DNA of 64,000 bases from Candidatus Nomurabacteria bacterium GW2011_GWD2_36_14 (lineage in GTDB: Bacteria > Patescibacteriota > Minisyncoccia > Phycocordibacterales > UBA9973), in the NCBI GenBank assembly GCA_000991405.1, contig LBRL01000001.1:145547-209546 (forward strand), written 5' to 3'. The translations under genes and the position numbers were made by a program. Positions within the stretch are counted from its first letter, which is position 1, and every line of letters starts with the position of its first letter. The notes under the pieces are model-generated. The model did no database searches. It was not told where the DNA came from and was given only the letters and a program-made list of their open reading frames with translations. Of the stretch, positions 11,354-20,283 are shown piece after piece.

Positions 11354-11433
11354 CGAAGTAGGATTGTTAAAATTTTTATCCGTGTCGGAGCCCTTTAGGG
11401 TAAAGCGGGAAAAATTTTAATAATCCTACGAAG
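11354..11433 (+). repeat. CGAAG-bracketed covarying hairpin element, copy 1 (invariant apex GTCGGAGCCCTTTAGGGTAAAGC at 11384..11406)
   Basis: CGAAG at 11354-11358 and 11429-11433. The ~23-nt AT-rich arms taggattgttaaaatttttatcc and ggaaaaattttaataatccta pair with one G-T. The element begins 4 nt after the prfA stop. Confidence 0.8.
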
Positions 11434-11437
11434 CGAT

Positions 11438-12409
11438 CTAATCTTCTTCCTCTTCCCCTATTACTCCAGCTGAAAGTGCCTCAATAATTTTAGTTATATT
11501 TCCTTCCATGATTCCGGGGATATTGGACCAAGATTGCTTTATACGGTGGTCGGTGACGCGATCTTGAGGAAAGTTGTATGTGCGGATCTTCTCACTTCTG
11601 TCATTTGTACCTATTTGAGCTTTTCTATCCCCTGAATATTTTTTAGCATCTTCCTCATCTTTAATCATTTGAAGCTTAGAAGTAAGCATCATCATAGCCT
11701 TTTCTCTGTTGCCAAGTTGGGTTCTCTCGGTTGTACAACGTACGTCTTCACCTGTTGGCTTATGTATCAGGCGAACAGCTGTCTCTACTTTGTTCACATT
11801 TTGCCCTCCTGCTCCACCAGAGCGTGAATACTCTATCTCTATATCGGCTGGGTTTATGATTATTGTTATCTTCTTTTTCAAAGGAAGCACAGCCACAGAT
11901 GCAGTAGAAGTATGTATTCTGCCATTCTTCTCTGTGGCGGGGATACGTTGAACTCTATGAACTCCAGTCTCATAGCGTAGAAGTTTGTATACATCTTTAC
12001 CTTTTACTTCTATAGAAGCTTCTTTGTAGCCCCCAGCACTACTTAAGGATTCATTGAGGATTTTCCAGTTCCAATTTTTCTCTTCAGAGAATCTTTCGTA
12101 CATATGTGCCAGCTCCCATGCAAAAAGTGAAGCTTCATCCCCTCCTGCTCCAGCTCTAACTTCTAGAATAATTTCATTGGGGAATTCTTCTTCCTCTTTT
12201 TCACTTTTCATTATTTCTTCTAGTTGTCTTTCTATTGCCTCCTTTTGAAATTTAATATTCTGGATTTCTTCTTCTGCTAAGTCGCGTAGACTTTCATCAG
12301 CTCTCACCATTTCATTTACTTTCTCTTCCTCACTCAAAAGGCGCTCATATTCTAGAGCGAAGTAACTAGTCTTGTGATCTTTCTTAAGTTGTTCTAAGTC
12401 TAATTGCAT
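11438..12409 (-). CDS. prfA: Peptide chain release factor 1
   Basis: [20 protein letters not shown] (GGQ), a PAT tripeptide ([17 protein letters not shown]) diagnostic of RF1, and an RF-1 domain. The track ORF begins with GTG at 12430; ATG at 12409 (MQLDLEQL) is preferred. Confidence 0.85.
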   Translation of the reverse strand: MQLDLEQLKKDHKTSYFALEYERLLSEEEKVNEMVRADESLRDLAEEEIQNIKFQKEAIERQLEEIMKSEKEEEEFPNEIILEVRAGAGGDEASLFAWELAHMYERFSEEKNWNWKILNESLSSAGGYKEASIEVKGKDVYKLLRYETGVHRVQRIPATEKNGRIHTSTASVAVLPLKKKITIIINPADIEIEYSRSGGAGGQNVNKVETAVRLIHKPTGEDVRCTTERTQLGNREKAMMMLTSKLQMIKDEEDAKKYSGDRKAQIGTNDRSEKIRTYNFPQDRVTDHRIKQSWSNIPGIMEGNITKIIEALSAGVIGEEEED

Positions 12410-12412
12410 GAA

Positions 12413-12421
12413 AATATTATA
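12413..12421 (-). promoter_or_regulatory. Extended -10 box (TGcTATAAT) 6 nt upstream of the prfA ATG
   Basis: On the minus strand the sequence reads gtgTGcTATAATattttcATG. The spacing implies a leaderless or near-leaderless prfA mRNA. Confidence 0.4.
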
Positions 12422-12426
12422 GCACA

Positions 12427-12504
12427 CCACCTCGCCCTTCGGGCACTCCTCCTCCTCCGAAAGGAGGAGAGGAATTCAAAGCCCCCTCCTTGTGGAGGAG
12501 GGGG
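12427..12504. repeat. GC-rich triple stem-loop spacer between rpmE and prfA
   Basis: Three hairpins: gccc-ttcg-gggc, cctcctcctcc-gaaa-ggaggagagg and ccccctcc-ttgtgga-ggaggggg. The 22-mer ccacctcgcccttcgggcactcc is the reverse complement of the one at 4189..4210. Confidence 0.7.
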
Positions 12505-12517
12505 TTGGGGGTGGTGG

Positions 12518-12745
12518 TTACTTTTTTGTTTTTGTTGCCTTTGCACCTGCAGCTGCACGCTTCTTGAAGCGGTCTACACGTCCTGCTGTGTCGAGAACCT
12601 TTTCGTTGCCAGTATAGAAAGGGTGGCATTGACTGCATATTTCAACACTGATTTCGTCCATTGTAGAACCTACAGGAAAAGTTGCCCCGCATGCGCAAGT
12701 TACGACTGAAGCACTGTTATATTTTGGGTGTGTATTCTTTTTCAT
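12518..12745 (-). CDS. rpmE: 50S ribosomal protein L31
   Basis: MKKNTHPKY...CxC...[10 protein letters not shown]: the full-length L31 signature with a zinc ribbon. Confidence 0.9.
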   Translation of the reverse strand: MKKNTHPKYNSASVVTCACGATFPVGSTMDEISVEICSQCHPFYTGNEKVLDTAGRVDRFKKRAAAGAKATKTKK

Positions 12746-12772
12746 ATGTTTTGTGATATTATCATGATTTTG

Positions 12773-14149
12773 TTAGTTTTGCAATGGGTCGATCATAGTT
12801 TTCTGGATATTGGCGGCTTTCTTCATAACGCTGTCTCCATAGAAGCTATTGTTGGGCTTTTTGGTATCACATTTACGTCCTGAATAGTATCTACAAGCAG
12901 CATTTCTCTCACTGGTATAACTTTCCCCTTTTGCCCCTAAGTCTGTCAAATATATAGCCGAGGCTATGAATGCGTCCTTTGCATACCAAGGATCTGGGGT
13001 CTTTATCCCTAGCAAGTCTGCAATACGATTCTTCAACAGTACCCAAGTAGAAGGTATGAATTGTGCTGGCCCCATAGCTCCACCATATCCTGATCCACCA
13101 ATTGGACAAGATACAAGAGTTTTATAAGGGTCGCGTCCAACAGATGTAGTTATATCGAAAAATGGTTTTACATCTCGTGTGGGCTTCATAACATTAGCAA
13201 AAACTTTTCCACTTTTGGAGCTCACCCCTTGTCCTGTATCCATATTGGTAACATAGCAAGATCCTTGGTCAGTACCTAGGTTACTTTCCTGAGTCAGTAT
13301 GGCTAGCAAGAAGGCTGGGCGGATTCCTACTTTCTCTTCAGCAACTTTTGCATACTCTAAAGCTTTTCCAAAAGGAATTGCAGAAGCATCACGAAGATTA
13401 AAAAGTACAGCTAGGATTTCCGATCGTCGTCTAGCCTTATCGTCAAGCAATTTCTGATATTCCTTCTCTTTGTTTTTACTTATAGACAGAAGCTGTTGTT
13501 TATCCTTCTCACTTAGTTCAACTTGCTTCTTTGCATTTTCTAATTGAATTTTTGTATCGACTTCTTGATTCTTTTTTTGCTCGAGGATACTTTTCTCTAT
13601 TTCTGTTTCAGACTTTACGCCCCTTATCTCATCAACTGACTTACTAATACTTTTCTTCAGAGAAGAGAATGTATCAATGTCGCCATATGCTTCAGAAATA
13701 GTACTCTTTGATAGGACCAATGCTAGTACCGACTTATTGTCTATTTCTCTGTCTTTACGAATGAGCTGAGCAAGGGATTCCTTTATGTTATCGATTCTTG
13801 TATTTAAAATATTGATGGTTTTACTTTTCTCTACTATTTCTCCTCCCAACTTTTTGATAACCAAGCCCTTAGCTTGGATGTCGAGCTTCGACTTCTTGAT
13901 CTGAGTCGTAAGTATGGCTATGTCTCGTGAAAGTGAAGTAGACTGACCTTTCTGAGAAGAAAGCTCCTTCTGCTTAGCGGCTATTTCGTTCTCTAGATTG
14001 GCAAGCTCCTTCTCTAATCTGGCTCTATCTGCTTGAGCATTTTCAAGCTCTACGCCTGCATATGCGGGCGTCACTTGGTAAACGAAGTTACCAAAGGTTA
14101 AGCTAAATATAAAAATTAAAGAAAAAAAGTATAGAATGTATCGATTCAT
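12773..14149 (-). CDS. Secreted coiled-coil protein with a C-terminal MltB/Slt35-like lytic transglycosylase domain
   Basis: Signal peptide, then ~230 aa of heptad-rich sequence. The C-terminus carries LAILTQESNLG (catalytic Glu-Ser) and GPAQFIPSTW, which resembles the MltB GPMQFMPSTW motif. Confidence 0.65.
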   Translation of the reverse strand: MNRYILYFFSLIFIFSLTFGNFVYQVTPAYAGVELENAQADRARLEKELANLENEIAAKQKELSSQKGQSTSLSRDIAILTTQIKKSKLDIQAKGLVIKKLGGEIVEKSKTINILNTRIDNIKESLAQLIRKDREIDNKSVLALVLSKSTISEAYGDIDTFSSLKKSISKSVDEIRGVKSETEIEKSILEQKKNQEVDTKIQLENAKKQVELSEKDKQQLLSISKNKEKEYQKLLDDKARRRSEILAVLFNLRDASAIPFGKALEYAKVAEEKVGIRPAFLLAILTQESNLGTDQGSCYVTNMDTGQGVSSKSGKVFANVMKPTRDVKPFFDITTSVGRDPYKTLVSCPIGGSGYGGAMGPAQFIPSTWVLLKNRIADLLGIKTPDPWYAKDAFIASAIYLTDLGAKGESYTSERNAACRYYSGRKCDTKKPNNSFYGDSVMKKAANIQKTMIDPLQN

Positions 14150-14214
14150 GTCTTCATTATAGCATAAAACACTCTCTAACCGAAGTTGGAGAGTGTTTTA
14201 TCTTAAGGTTTATA

Positions 14215-14901
14215 TTATTTTGCAGATTCTTCGGGTGCTGATTCCTCTTCTTTCTTGCCCTTCTTCTCTACTTCTATCGCAGATAGATCAACAACTACTT
14301 CCTCTTCCTTTTCTTCTTTAGCTGCTGCTACTAGAGCTACAACTTCACTAGCTTCTGTTATAAGGATTACTCCCTTTGGAAGTTTAATGTCTTTTGCGTG
14401 GATGAAGTCTTCGAGAGTTGAAATAAATGAGACATCTACTTCTATATCATGAGGAAGATCTTTAGGAAGAGCTTCTATTTCTATCTCATGTAAGACTTTT
14501 ACAAGAGTACCTAGTCCATCCTTTTCTGCCTTAGCGTGACCCACAAATCTAAGTGGAACTTTGACTTCAACAGCTTTATTCATATCAACAGCAAGGAAGT
14601 CTACGTGTATTGGAAATCCTTTTACAGGATCAACTTGCACTTCGTGGATAAGAACGTCAACCTTTGTTACTTTTCCTGCCTTTGCATCTGGCAAATCTTT
14701 TTCTGTTGCATCGACGATGTTAAGTACGATTGTACTTGTCTCACCTGCTACTTTTAAAACTTTTATAAAATCGGTACTCAAAACGGAAACTAGTTGGTTT
14801 TCCACTTGAGCGCCATAGACAACAGCTGGGACCATACCGTTAAATCGTATAGTTCTAAGCTTGTCCGCCTTACTTCGCTTTGTTGCGGTTAATGTATTCA
14901 T
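14215..14901 (-). CDS. rplY: 50S ribosomal protein L25 / general stress protein Ctc form
   Basis: LTATKRSKADKLRTIRFNGMVPAVVYG plus a Ctc-type C-terminal extension with an acidic tail. Confidence 0.85.
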   Translation of the reverse strand: MNTLTATKRSKADKLRTIRFNGMVPAVVYGAQVENQLVSVLSTDFIKVLKVAGETSTIVLNIVDATEKDLPDAKAGKVTKVDVLIHEVQVDPVKGFPIHVDFLAVDMNKAVEVKVPLRFVGHAKAEKDGLGTLVKVLHEIEIEALPKDLPHDIEVDVSFISTLEDFIHAKDIKLPKGVILITEASEVVALVAAAKEEKEEEVVVDLSAIEVEKKGKKEEESAPEESAK

Positions 14902-15028
14902 GGGGGCAATATAACACTAAAACCTCAAATTTGCAAGTTTAAACATTTGACAGAAACACAATTTAACTGTATTCTCAAGAAAAATTGAAATTATGTTTTA
15001 AAATATAAACCCTTAAAAATAAACTGCC

Positions 15029-15415
15029 ATGGATGCAAATATCATTTTTGTATTATTAATGTTTTCTATTTTCATTGTTCCCTTTTTGATGATTATTAGA
15101 AAAAATAATTTTTTGAAAAGAAATTTAGAGAAAAAAGATCAGGAGATTATTTTTCTTAAAAAAGAGAACATGATTGTAAAAAAGAAAAACAATAAGTTTT
15201 TCTTTGAAAAAATAGATCGCAGTCGCGGTTTACGAAAGAGAAAAAAAGTGACTTTCCTTCTTAAAATGGAGCGAATTAACCACTCGCGAAATCAACGGAA
15301 GCACAAAAAACTCATCACCTCTCTTCAGGAAAAAATTAAAGATCTGGAAATTACAATTATAAATCATAAAGAAATTTCAGATCACTGGAGGGATAAATGC
15401 ACGCGACTTCACTAG
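15029..15415 (+). CDS. Hypothetical protein: N-terminal TM helix plus a basic coiled coil (FtsB/DivIC-like architecture, unverified)
   Basis: MDANIIFVLLMFSIFIVPFLMII followed by a Lys-rich heptad region. There is no diagnostic motif. Confidence 0.3.
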   Translation: MDANIIFVLLMFSIFIVPFLMIIRKNNFLKRNLEKKDQEIIFLKKENMIVKKKNNKFFFEKIDRSRGLRKRKKVTFLLKMERINHSRNQRKHKKLITSLQEKIKDLEITIINHKEISDHWRDKCTRLH

Positions 15416-15663
15416 AGTTTTTTTAATTTAATTAATTTATGTAAAATAATAATACACTTCGCTCACAAAGCAGGTGTATTTTTATTTATATAAAGATAGT
15501 TATTATTCCTTTCTTCTCCAGTTTATTTCAAAAGAAATAGAATATTTATTTGGGATTTTCCATTTTGAGAATCTAAAACAAAGAAACTGAAATTTATTTT
15601 CATTAATTTTTCCAAAACCAAACCTATTCAAAGTAAGCTCTATATCTATAACCATATATTATT

Positions 15664-16203
15664 TTATTTAAATATTTTAAAAGTTGGACTAATGCTAAAT
15701 AAAAAATAACGTCTATTATTTATATTTAAATAATGTGGATTTGATTTTATTGCTTTTTCTTTAATAAATTTAGTTACTTGTAATTCAACAGTATTAAATA
15801 ATGTATCGCGATAAGTATATTTTACAGAGTTTTCTTTTTCTGGAAATACAAGAATTACTTTTAATTTATTTGTTTTTATATCTAGATACCACAAGACAAG
15901 ACCATATCCATTTTCGTATCTTAAATTATATACATAAACAATATTTTTATACTCAATTGTTTTTTTATGATTAATTAAAATACAATCTTCACTAACTTCA
16001 ATATATTTTAATTTTAAGATAGATTCAAATTCTGAGATAAATAGACAAGAAAAACAAATAAAAAGAAAAATAATAAAAATTAAGTTAAAATTACTATGCG
16101 ACACTATTGCAATAATTAAAAACAAAAAAAATGCTATAGAAAATGGCGTAATAATATAATAAGAATAAGTAAAATATTTTGAACTTTTATACAAAATAGG
16201 CAT
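15664..16203 (-). CDS. Hypothetical polytopic membrane protein (I/F/K/N/Y-rich)
   Basis: 179-aa ORF in the most AT-rich part of the window, with no recognisable domain. Confidence 0.3.
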   Translation of the reverse strand: MPILYKSSKYFTYSYYIITPFSIAFFLFLIIAIVSHSNFNLIFIIFLFICFSCLFISEFESILKLKYIEVSEDCILINHKKTIEYKNIVYVYNLRYENGYGLVLWYLDIKTNKLKVILVFPEKENSVKYTYRDTLFNTVELQVTKFIKEKAIKSNPHYLNINNRRYFLFSISPTFKIFK

Positions 16204-16209
16204 AATTTT

Positions 16210-17124
16210 CTATAAATTATTAAATAATTTTAGGCGATTATAAACTACTTTTTCCATTGCATCTACTCCACCTTTTAAGAATTTATATGGAGCGACTTCG
16301 TTTGGATTTTCTTTTAGGAATTTCTCTAAGGCTTCTTTATAAGCTACACGGATTTCGGTATTTATATGAATTATAGATATTCCTGCTTTTATTGCATTTG
16401 TGAAGTCAACATCTGCAATACCTGAGCCTCCGTGAAGAACTAGAGGTGCTCCACAAGCTTCACTTATCTCTTTTATTCTCTCTATGTCTAGTCTTGGATT
16501 GCCACCTTTTACCATTCCGTGAATATTACCAACAGAAGGGGCAAGTAGATTTATACCAGTTTGCTCTACGAAGTATTTTGCATCTTCAGGTTTTGTCATG
16601 GTCGCTTCACTTACACCTTCTGGAATTGCATCTAGAAGTTTAGAAGACTGACCTATGAATCCTAGCTCGGCTTCTATGAGGATATCTGATTCTGCAGAAT
16701 CATGTCGCGTAGTGTCCTTTGAAACGCGACTTCTTTTTTCGCTTAATTCTTTTGCATAATCCACACACTTTTTAGTAAGTTCTATATTCTCTTGTAGTGG
16801 CAATTTAACCGCATCTATAATTGCAGAGTCATATCCAGCATCCAGTGCTCTCTTTACAGATTCAAAACTATAATGGTGATCTGCATTTAAAAATATTGGA
16901 TAGTTATCTCTTTCTCGAATCATTTTTACCAATACAGCCACTTCATCTCTACCTATAAATTCTTCCTCGCCTTCAGATACACCTATAATAACTGGAACAT
17001 TTAATCTTTTCGCTGCATTGTATATACCATGCAAGGCTTCTATGTTTGAAATATTAAAGTGCCCAATTGCTACCCCCTTTTCTCCTGCTTCTTTTATATA
17101 TTCTCTTAAAGTTTTCATATACAA
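16210..17124 (-). CDS. fba: Fructose-bisphosphate aldolase, class II
   Basis: GVAIGHFNISNIE, NVPVIIGVSEGE, LHGGSG. Confidence 0.9.
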   Translation of the reverse strand: MYMKTLREYIKEAGEKGVAIGHFNISNIEALHGIYNAAKRLNVPVIIGVSEGEEEFIGRDEVAVLVKMIRERDNYPIFLNADHHYSFESVKRALDAGYDSAIIDAVKLPLQENIELTKKCVDYAKELSEKRSRVSKDTTRHDSAESDILIEAELGFIGQSSKLLDAIPEGVSEATMTKPEDAKYFVEQTGINLLAPSVGNIHGMVKGGNPRLDIERIKEISEACGAPLVLHGGSGIADVDFTNAIKAGISIIHINTEIRVAYKEALEKFLKENPNEVAPYKFLKGGVDAMEKVVYNRLKLFNNL

Positions 17125-17156
17125 AATTATACCACAATGTGTTATAATTACGGAAT

Positions 17157-18152
17157 ATGGATAAACAAATAGATTTTCTGGCCATAGGTGATATAGTCAC
17201 GGAGCCATTTATAAAGATTACAGACGCAGAAGCCAATTGTGATCTGCAAGGAGAACATTGCAAGATATGCTTTCGTTTCGGCGAGAAGATTCCCTATGAG
17301 TCTGCAGAAGTTTGCTGTGCTGTAGGCAACAGTCCCAACGTAGCAGTGGGTATAAGCAAGCTTGGCATCAAGTCCTCCCTAGTTTCTTATATTGGAGATG
17401 ATACCATAGGAAAGCAAAATCTTGAGTCCTTAATGAAAGACGGAGTGAATATAGACCACATGAAGATTGTTCCTGGGATGGAGTCCAACTATCACTTTGT
17501 CCTTTGGTACGAGACAGAGCGTACTATCTTGGTGAAGCATACGGAATTCCCTTATTTTTTTACAAATGATATACCAGAGGCTAGGTGGGTGTATCTTTCA
17601 TCTTTAGCTTCAAATTCCCTAGACTATCATAAAGAAATATCTGAATACTTGAAAAAATTTCCAGAGATAAAGCTAGCATTTCAGCCTGGTACTTTCCAAA
17701 TAAAGCTTGGCACAGAAGTTCTAAAAGAAATATATGAAAGGACAGAAATTCTCTTTTGTAACTTTAATGAAGCCAAGAGAATATTACAAACAGAGGAAGA
17801 TGATAAGATCAAGCTTATGGAAATGCTTCGAGCTCTTGGACCAAAGAATGTAGTGATGACAGATGGAGTAAGAGGTGCATACTTGGATGATGGAGCAAAT
17901 GTATGGTTCATGCCTGTCTATAGTACGACTGCTTCTGTAGAGTCCACTGGTGCCGGTGATGCTTTCGCTTCGGCTATGATATCAGCACTCATATTAGATA
18001 AGGATATCAAAGAAGCACTGACTTGGGGGCCCATAAATTCAATGTCCGTAGTGTCTTACGTTGGTCCACAAAAGGGACTCCTCTCAAGAGAAAAGTTGGA
18101 AGAATATTTAGCAAATGCGGGAGAAGATTATAAAGTAAGTCAAATTAAATAA
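17157..18152 (+). CDS. PfkB-family carbohydrate kinase (ribokinase-like fold)
   Basis: C-terminal TGAGDAFASAMISAL anion-hole motif and N-terminal GG-type lid. Confidence 0.75.
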   Translation: MDKQIDFLAIGDIVTEPFIKITDAEANCDLQGEHCKICFRFGEKIPYESAEVCCAVGNSPNVAVGISKLGIKSSLVSYIGDDTIGKQNLESLMKDGVNIDHMKIVPGMESNYHFVLWYETERTILVKHTEFPYFFTNDIPEARWVYLSSLASNSLDYHKEISEYLKKFPEIKLAFQPGTFQIKLGTEVLKEIYERTEILFCNFNEAKRILQTEEDDKIKLMEMLRALGPKNVVMTDGVRGAYLDDGANVWFMPVYSTTASVESTGAGDAFASAMISALILDKDIKEALTWGPINSMSVVSYVGPQKGLLSREKLEEYLANAGEDYKVSQIK

Positions 18153-18153
18153 T

Positions 18154-18435
18154 ATGGAAGAATTTAAATTTATACCCAATGTGAATCTAGAAGAAAAAGA
18201 AGTTTTAAAAAAAGAATTAGAAATTCTTACTAAAAAATTAGAGTTATTAAAAGATTTCTTAAATGGAGTAAGAGATAATTATAATGAGTATGAGGCTAAC
18301 TTTCCTGATGACAAAAAATTTTTGGAGGACTCAAAAGCTTTTGGATTAAAAGTTACAAAAGAAATAGAAAGAATTAATATTGAAATTGTAAAAAAGGTAG
18401 CGAGTGTTTCTACTAATTACGGTGGGGCTAATTAG
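18154..18435 (+). CDS. Hypothetical coiled-coil protein
   Basis: 93-aa charged helical ORF immediately after the pfkB-family gene. It overlaps the 3' end of the convergent transketolase gene by 8 nt. Confidence 0.3.
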   Translation: MEEFKFIPNVNLEEKEVLKKELEILTKKLELLKDFLNGVRDNYNEYEANFPDDKKFLEDSKAFGLKVTKEIERINIEIVKKVASVSTNYGGAN

Positions 18436-19420
18436 ATAATATCTTTCTTACAGCTCTAAATATGGCCTCTTGGTCTATTTCGTAATATTTTGCGAGTTCT
18501 TCAGGATTACCTGATTGACCGAATTTATCTTTTACCCCTATAAACTCTATTCTCGTAGGGTAATTTTGTGAGAGGCATTCAGCAACAGCTCCCCCCATAC
18601 CCCCAGAGATTTGGTGGTCTTCCACTGTTACTATCTTTTTGGTTTCTTTTGCTAAGGCTATAATAGCATCACTGTCTAAAGGTTTAATAGTGGATAGATT
18701 CATAACTTTTACCTTTATTCCTTCACTCTCTAAATTCTTAGCTACTATTAGTGCGTTGTACACTGAAGGTCCTGTAGCGATTATTCCCAATGAAGCGAGT
18801 CCATTTTCCGGCTGGAAGATTATTTGTGCTTTACCTATTTCAAATGGAGTTTCTTCTGTCGTTATTATAGAAGTATCGTTCCGAGCACACCGCAAGTATG
18901 TAGGACTTTTTATTTTAGACATAGCTATAGTTGCCTTCTTAGCCTCTATGGCATCACAAGGAGAAATAACTACAATATTAGGAAGTACACGAGTCAGAGC
19001 TATATCTTCTAGGCATTGGTGACTTCCTCCATCGGGGCCCACAGAAAGACCTGCATGTGTACCGATAATTTTAACAGGTTCTCCGTTAAAACAAATTGTT
19101 GTACGTATTTGCTCCCAGTTACGTCCAGGACTATATATTGCATAAGAGGCAATAAAAGGAATTTTCCCCATAGAAGCCATTCCACTAGCGACAGATGCTA
19201 AGTTTTGTTCAGCAATTCCTAATTCTATAAATCTGTCAGGGAATTTGTCCGCAAATAGATTCATTTTAGTAGATTCTACTAAGTCAGCACAAAGTCCTAC
19301 TATATTTTCATTTTGTGTTCCAGCAATCAGTAATCCTTCGCCAAAGCCAAGGCGGGTGGATTTCTTTTCAACATCAACGTTCCAAACTTTTGTATTCAAT
19401 TTTAATTTTGGATTTAACAT
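18428..19420 (-). CDS. Transketolase, C-terminal subunit (pyrimidine-binding plus C-terminal domains)
   Basis: Split-tkt arrangement: the 330-aa product starts within 7 nt of the N-terminal subunit gene. Confidence 0.85.
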   Translation of the reverse strand: MLNPKLKLNTKVWNVDVEKKSTRLGFGEGLLIAGTQNENIVGLCADLVESTKMNLFADKFPDRFIELGIAEQNLASVASGMASMGKIPFIASYAIYSPGRNWEQIRTTICFNGEPVKIIGTHAGLSVGPDGGSHQCLEDIALTRVLPNIVVISPCDAIEAKKATIAMSKIKSPTYLRCARNDTSIITTEETPFEIGKAQIIFQPENGLASLGIIATGPSVYNALIVAKNLESEGIKVKVMNLSTIKPLDSDAIIALAKETKKIVTVEDHQISGGMGGAVAECLSQNYPTRIEFIGVKDKFGQSGNPEELAKYYEIDQEAIFRAVRKILSN

Positions 19421-20253
19421 ATCTTTTCTAATTCTTTAATTGCCATGTCCCTCTCTTCTTTATTTGGTGCTATTCCATGCCATTTATAATTTCCTTCCCA
19501 TGCTTTCACTCCCTTACTTGGAATTGTCTTTGCAACTATTACATAAGGTCTTTCTTTGTTATTTTTAGCATTGTAAATTGCGTGATTGATTTGAATGAAA
19601 TCGTGTCCATTTATCTGCTCACCATTCCATCCAAACTCTTTAAATTTAGAAAGCATATCTCCCATAGGCATAACTATTTCAGTACTACCATCTATTTGAA
19701 TAAAGTTTCTATCTACTATCACAATTAAATTATTTAATTTTTCTTTACTTGCGAGCATTATTGCTTCCCAGTTCTGTCCCTCGTTTAATTCTCCATCACC
19801 AACAATACAATAAATCTTCCTATCTACTCCTTTCTCCATACGGGATGCAATAGCCATACCTACTGCTTGTGAGAGTCCTTCACCAAGTGGACCAGAAGAG
19901 GTCTCTATCATGGGTAAGAATTCTCTATGTGGATGTCCTTGTAGTCTACTACCAAATTTGCGGAGTGTATTAAGTTCTTCTACTGGGAAGTATCCTGCAT
20001 GAGCCATTGTGGCATAAAGTACTGGACAAATATGACCATTGGACAATACTAATCTGTCCCTATCTGGCCAGAATGGGTTCTCGGGCTGATGTCTCAAAGC
20101 TTCGAAATATAAATAAGTAAATATATCTGTCATACCAAGAGCGCCGGCTGTGTGTCCAGACCTTGCTTCACAAAGCATATTAATAATACTCTTACGGATA
20201 TTATTCGCTATTATTTGTAATTCTAAAATTTTATCTTCATTTAAATGTTCCAT
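19414..20253 (-). CDS. Transketolase, N-terminal (TPP-binding) subunit
   Basis: GHTAGALGMTDIFTYLYF...GDGELNEGQNWEA TPP motif. Confidence 0.85.
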   Translation of the reverse strand: MEHLNEDKILELQIIANNIRKSIINMLCEARSGHTAGALGMTDIFTYLYFEALRHQPENPFWPDRDRLVLSNGHICPVLYATMAHAGYFPVEELNTLRKFGSRLQGHPHREFLPMIETSSGPLGEGLSQAVGMAIASRMEKGVDRKIYCIVGDGELNEGQNWEAIMLASKEKLNNLIVIVDRNFIQIDGSTEIVMPMGDMLSKFKEFGWNGEQINGHDFIQINHAIYNAKNNKERPYVIVAKTIPSKGVKAWEGNYKWHGIAPNKEERDMAIKELEKIC

Positions 20254-20283
20254 ATTTTATTTGTATTTACTAACCACTAGAAA

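Noticed and set aside
12417-12638. 73-aa ORF (track) rich in Gly/Pro/Arg spanning the GC-rich rpmE-prfA spacer
   Set aside because: It lies antisense to and overlaps rpmE. Its composition simply mirrors the GC-rich hairpins. It is not a credible gene.
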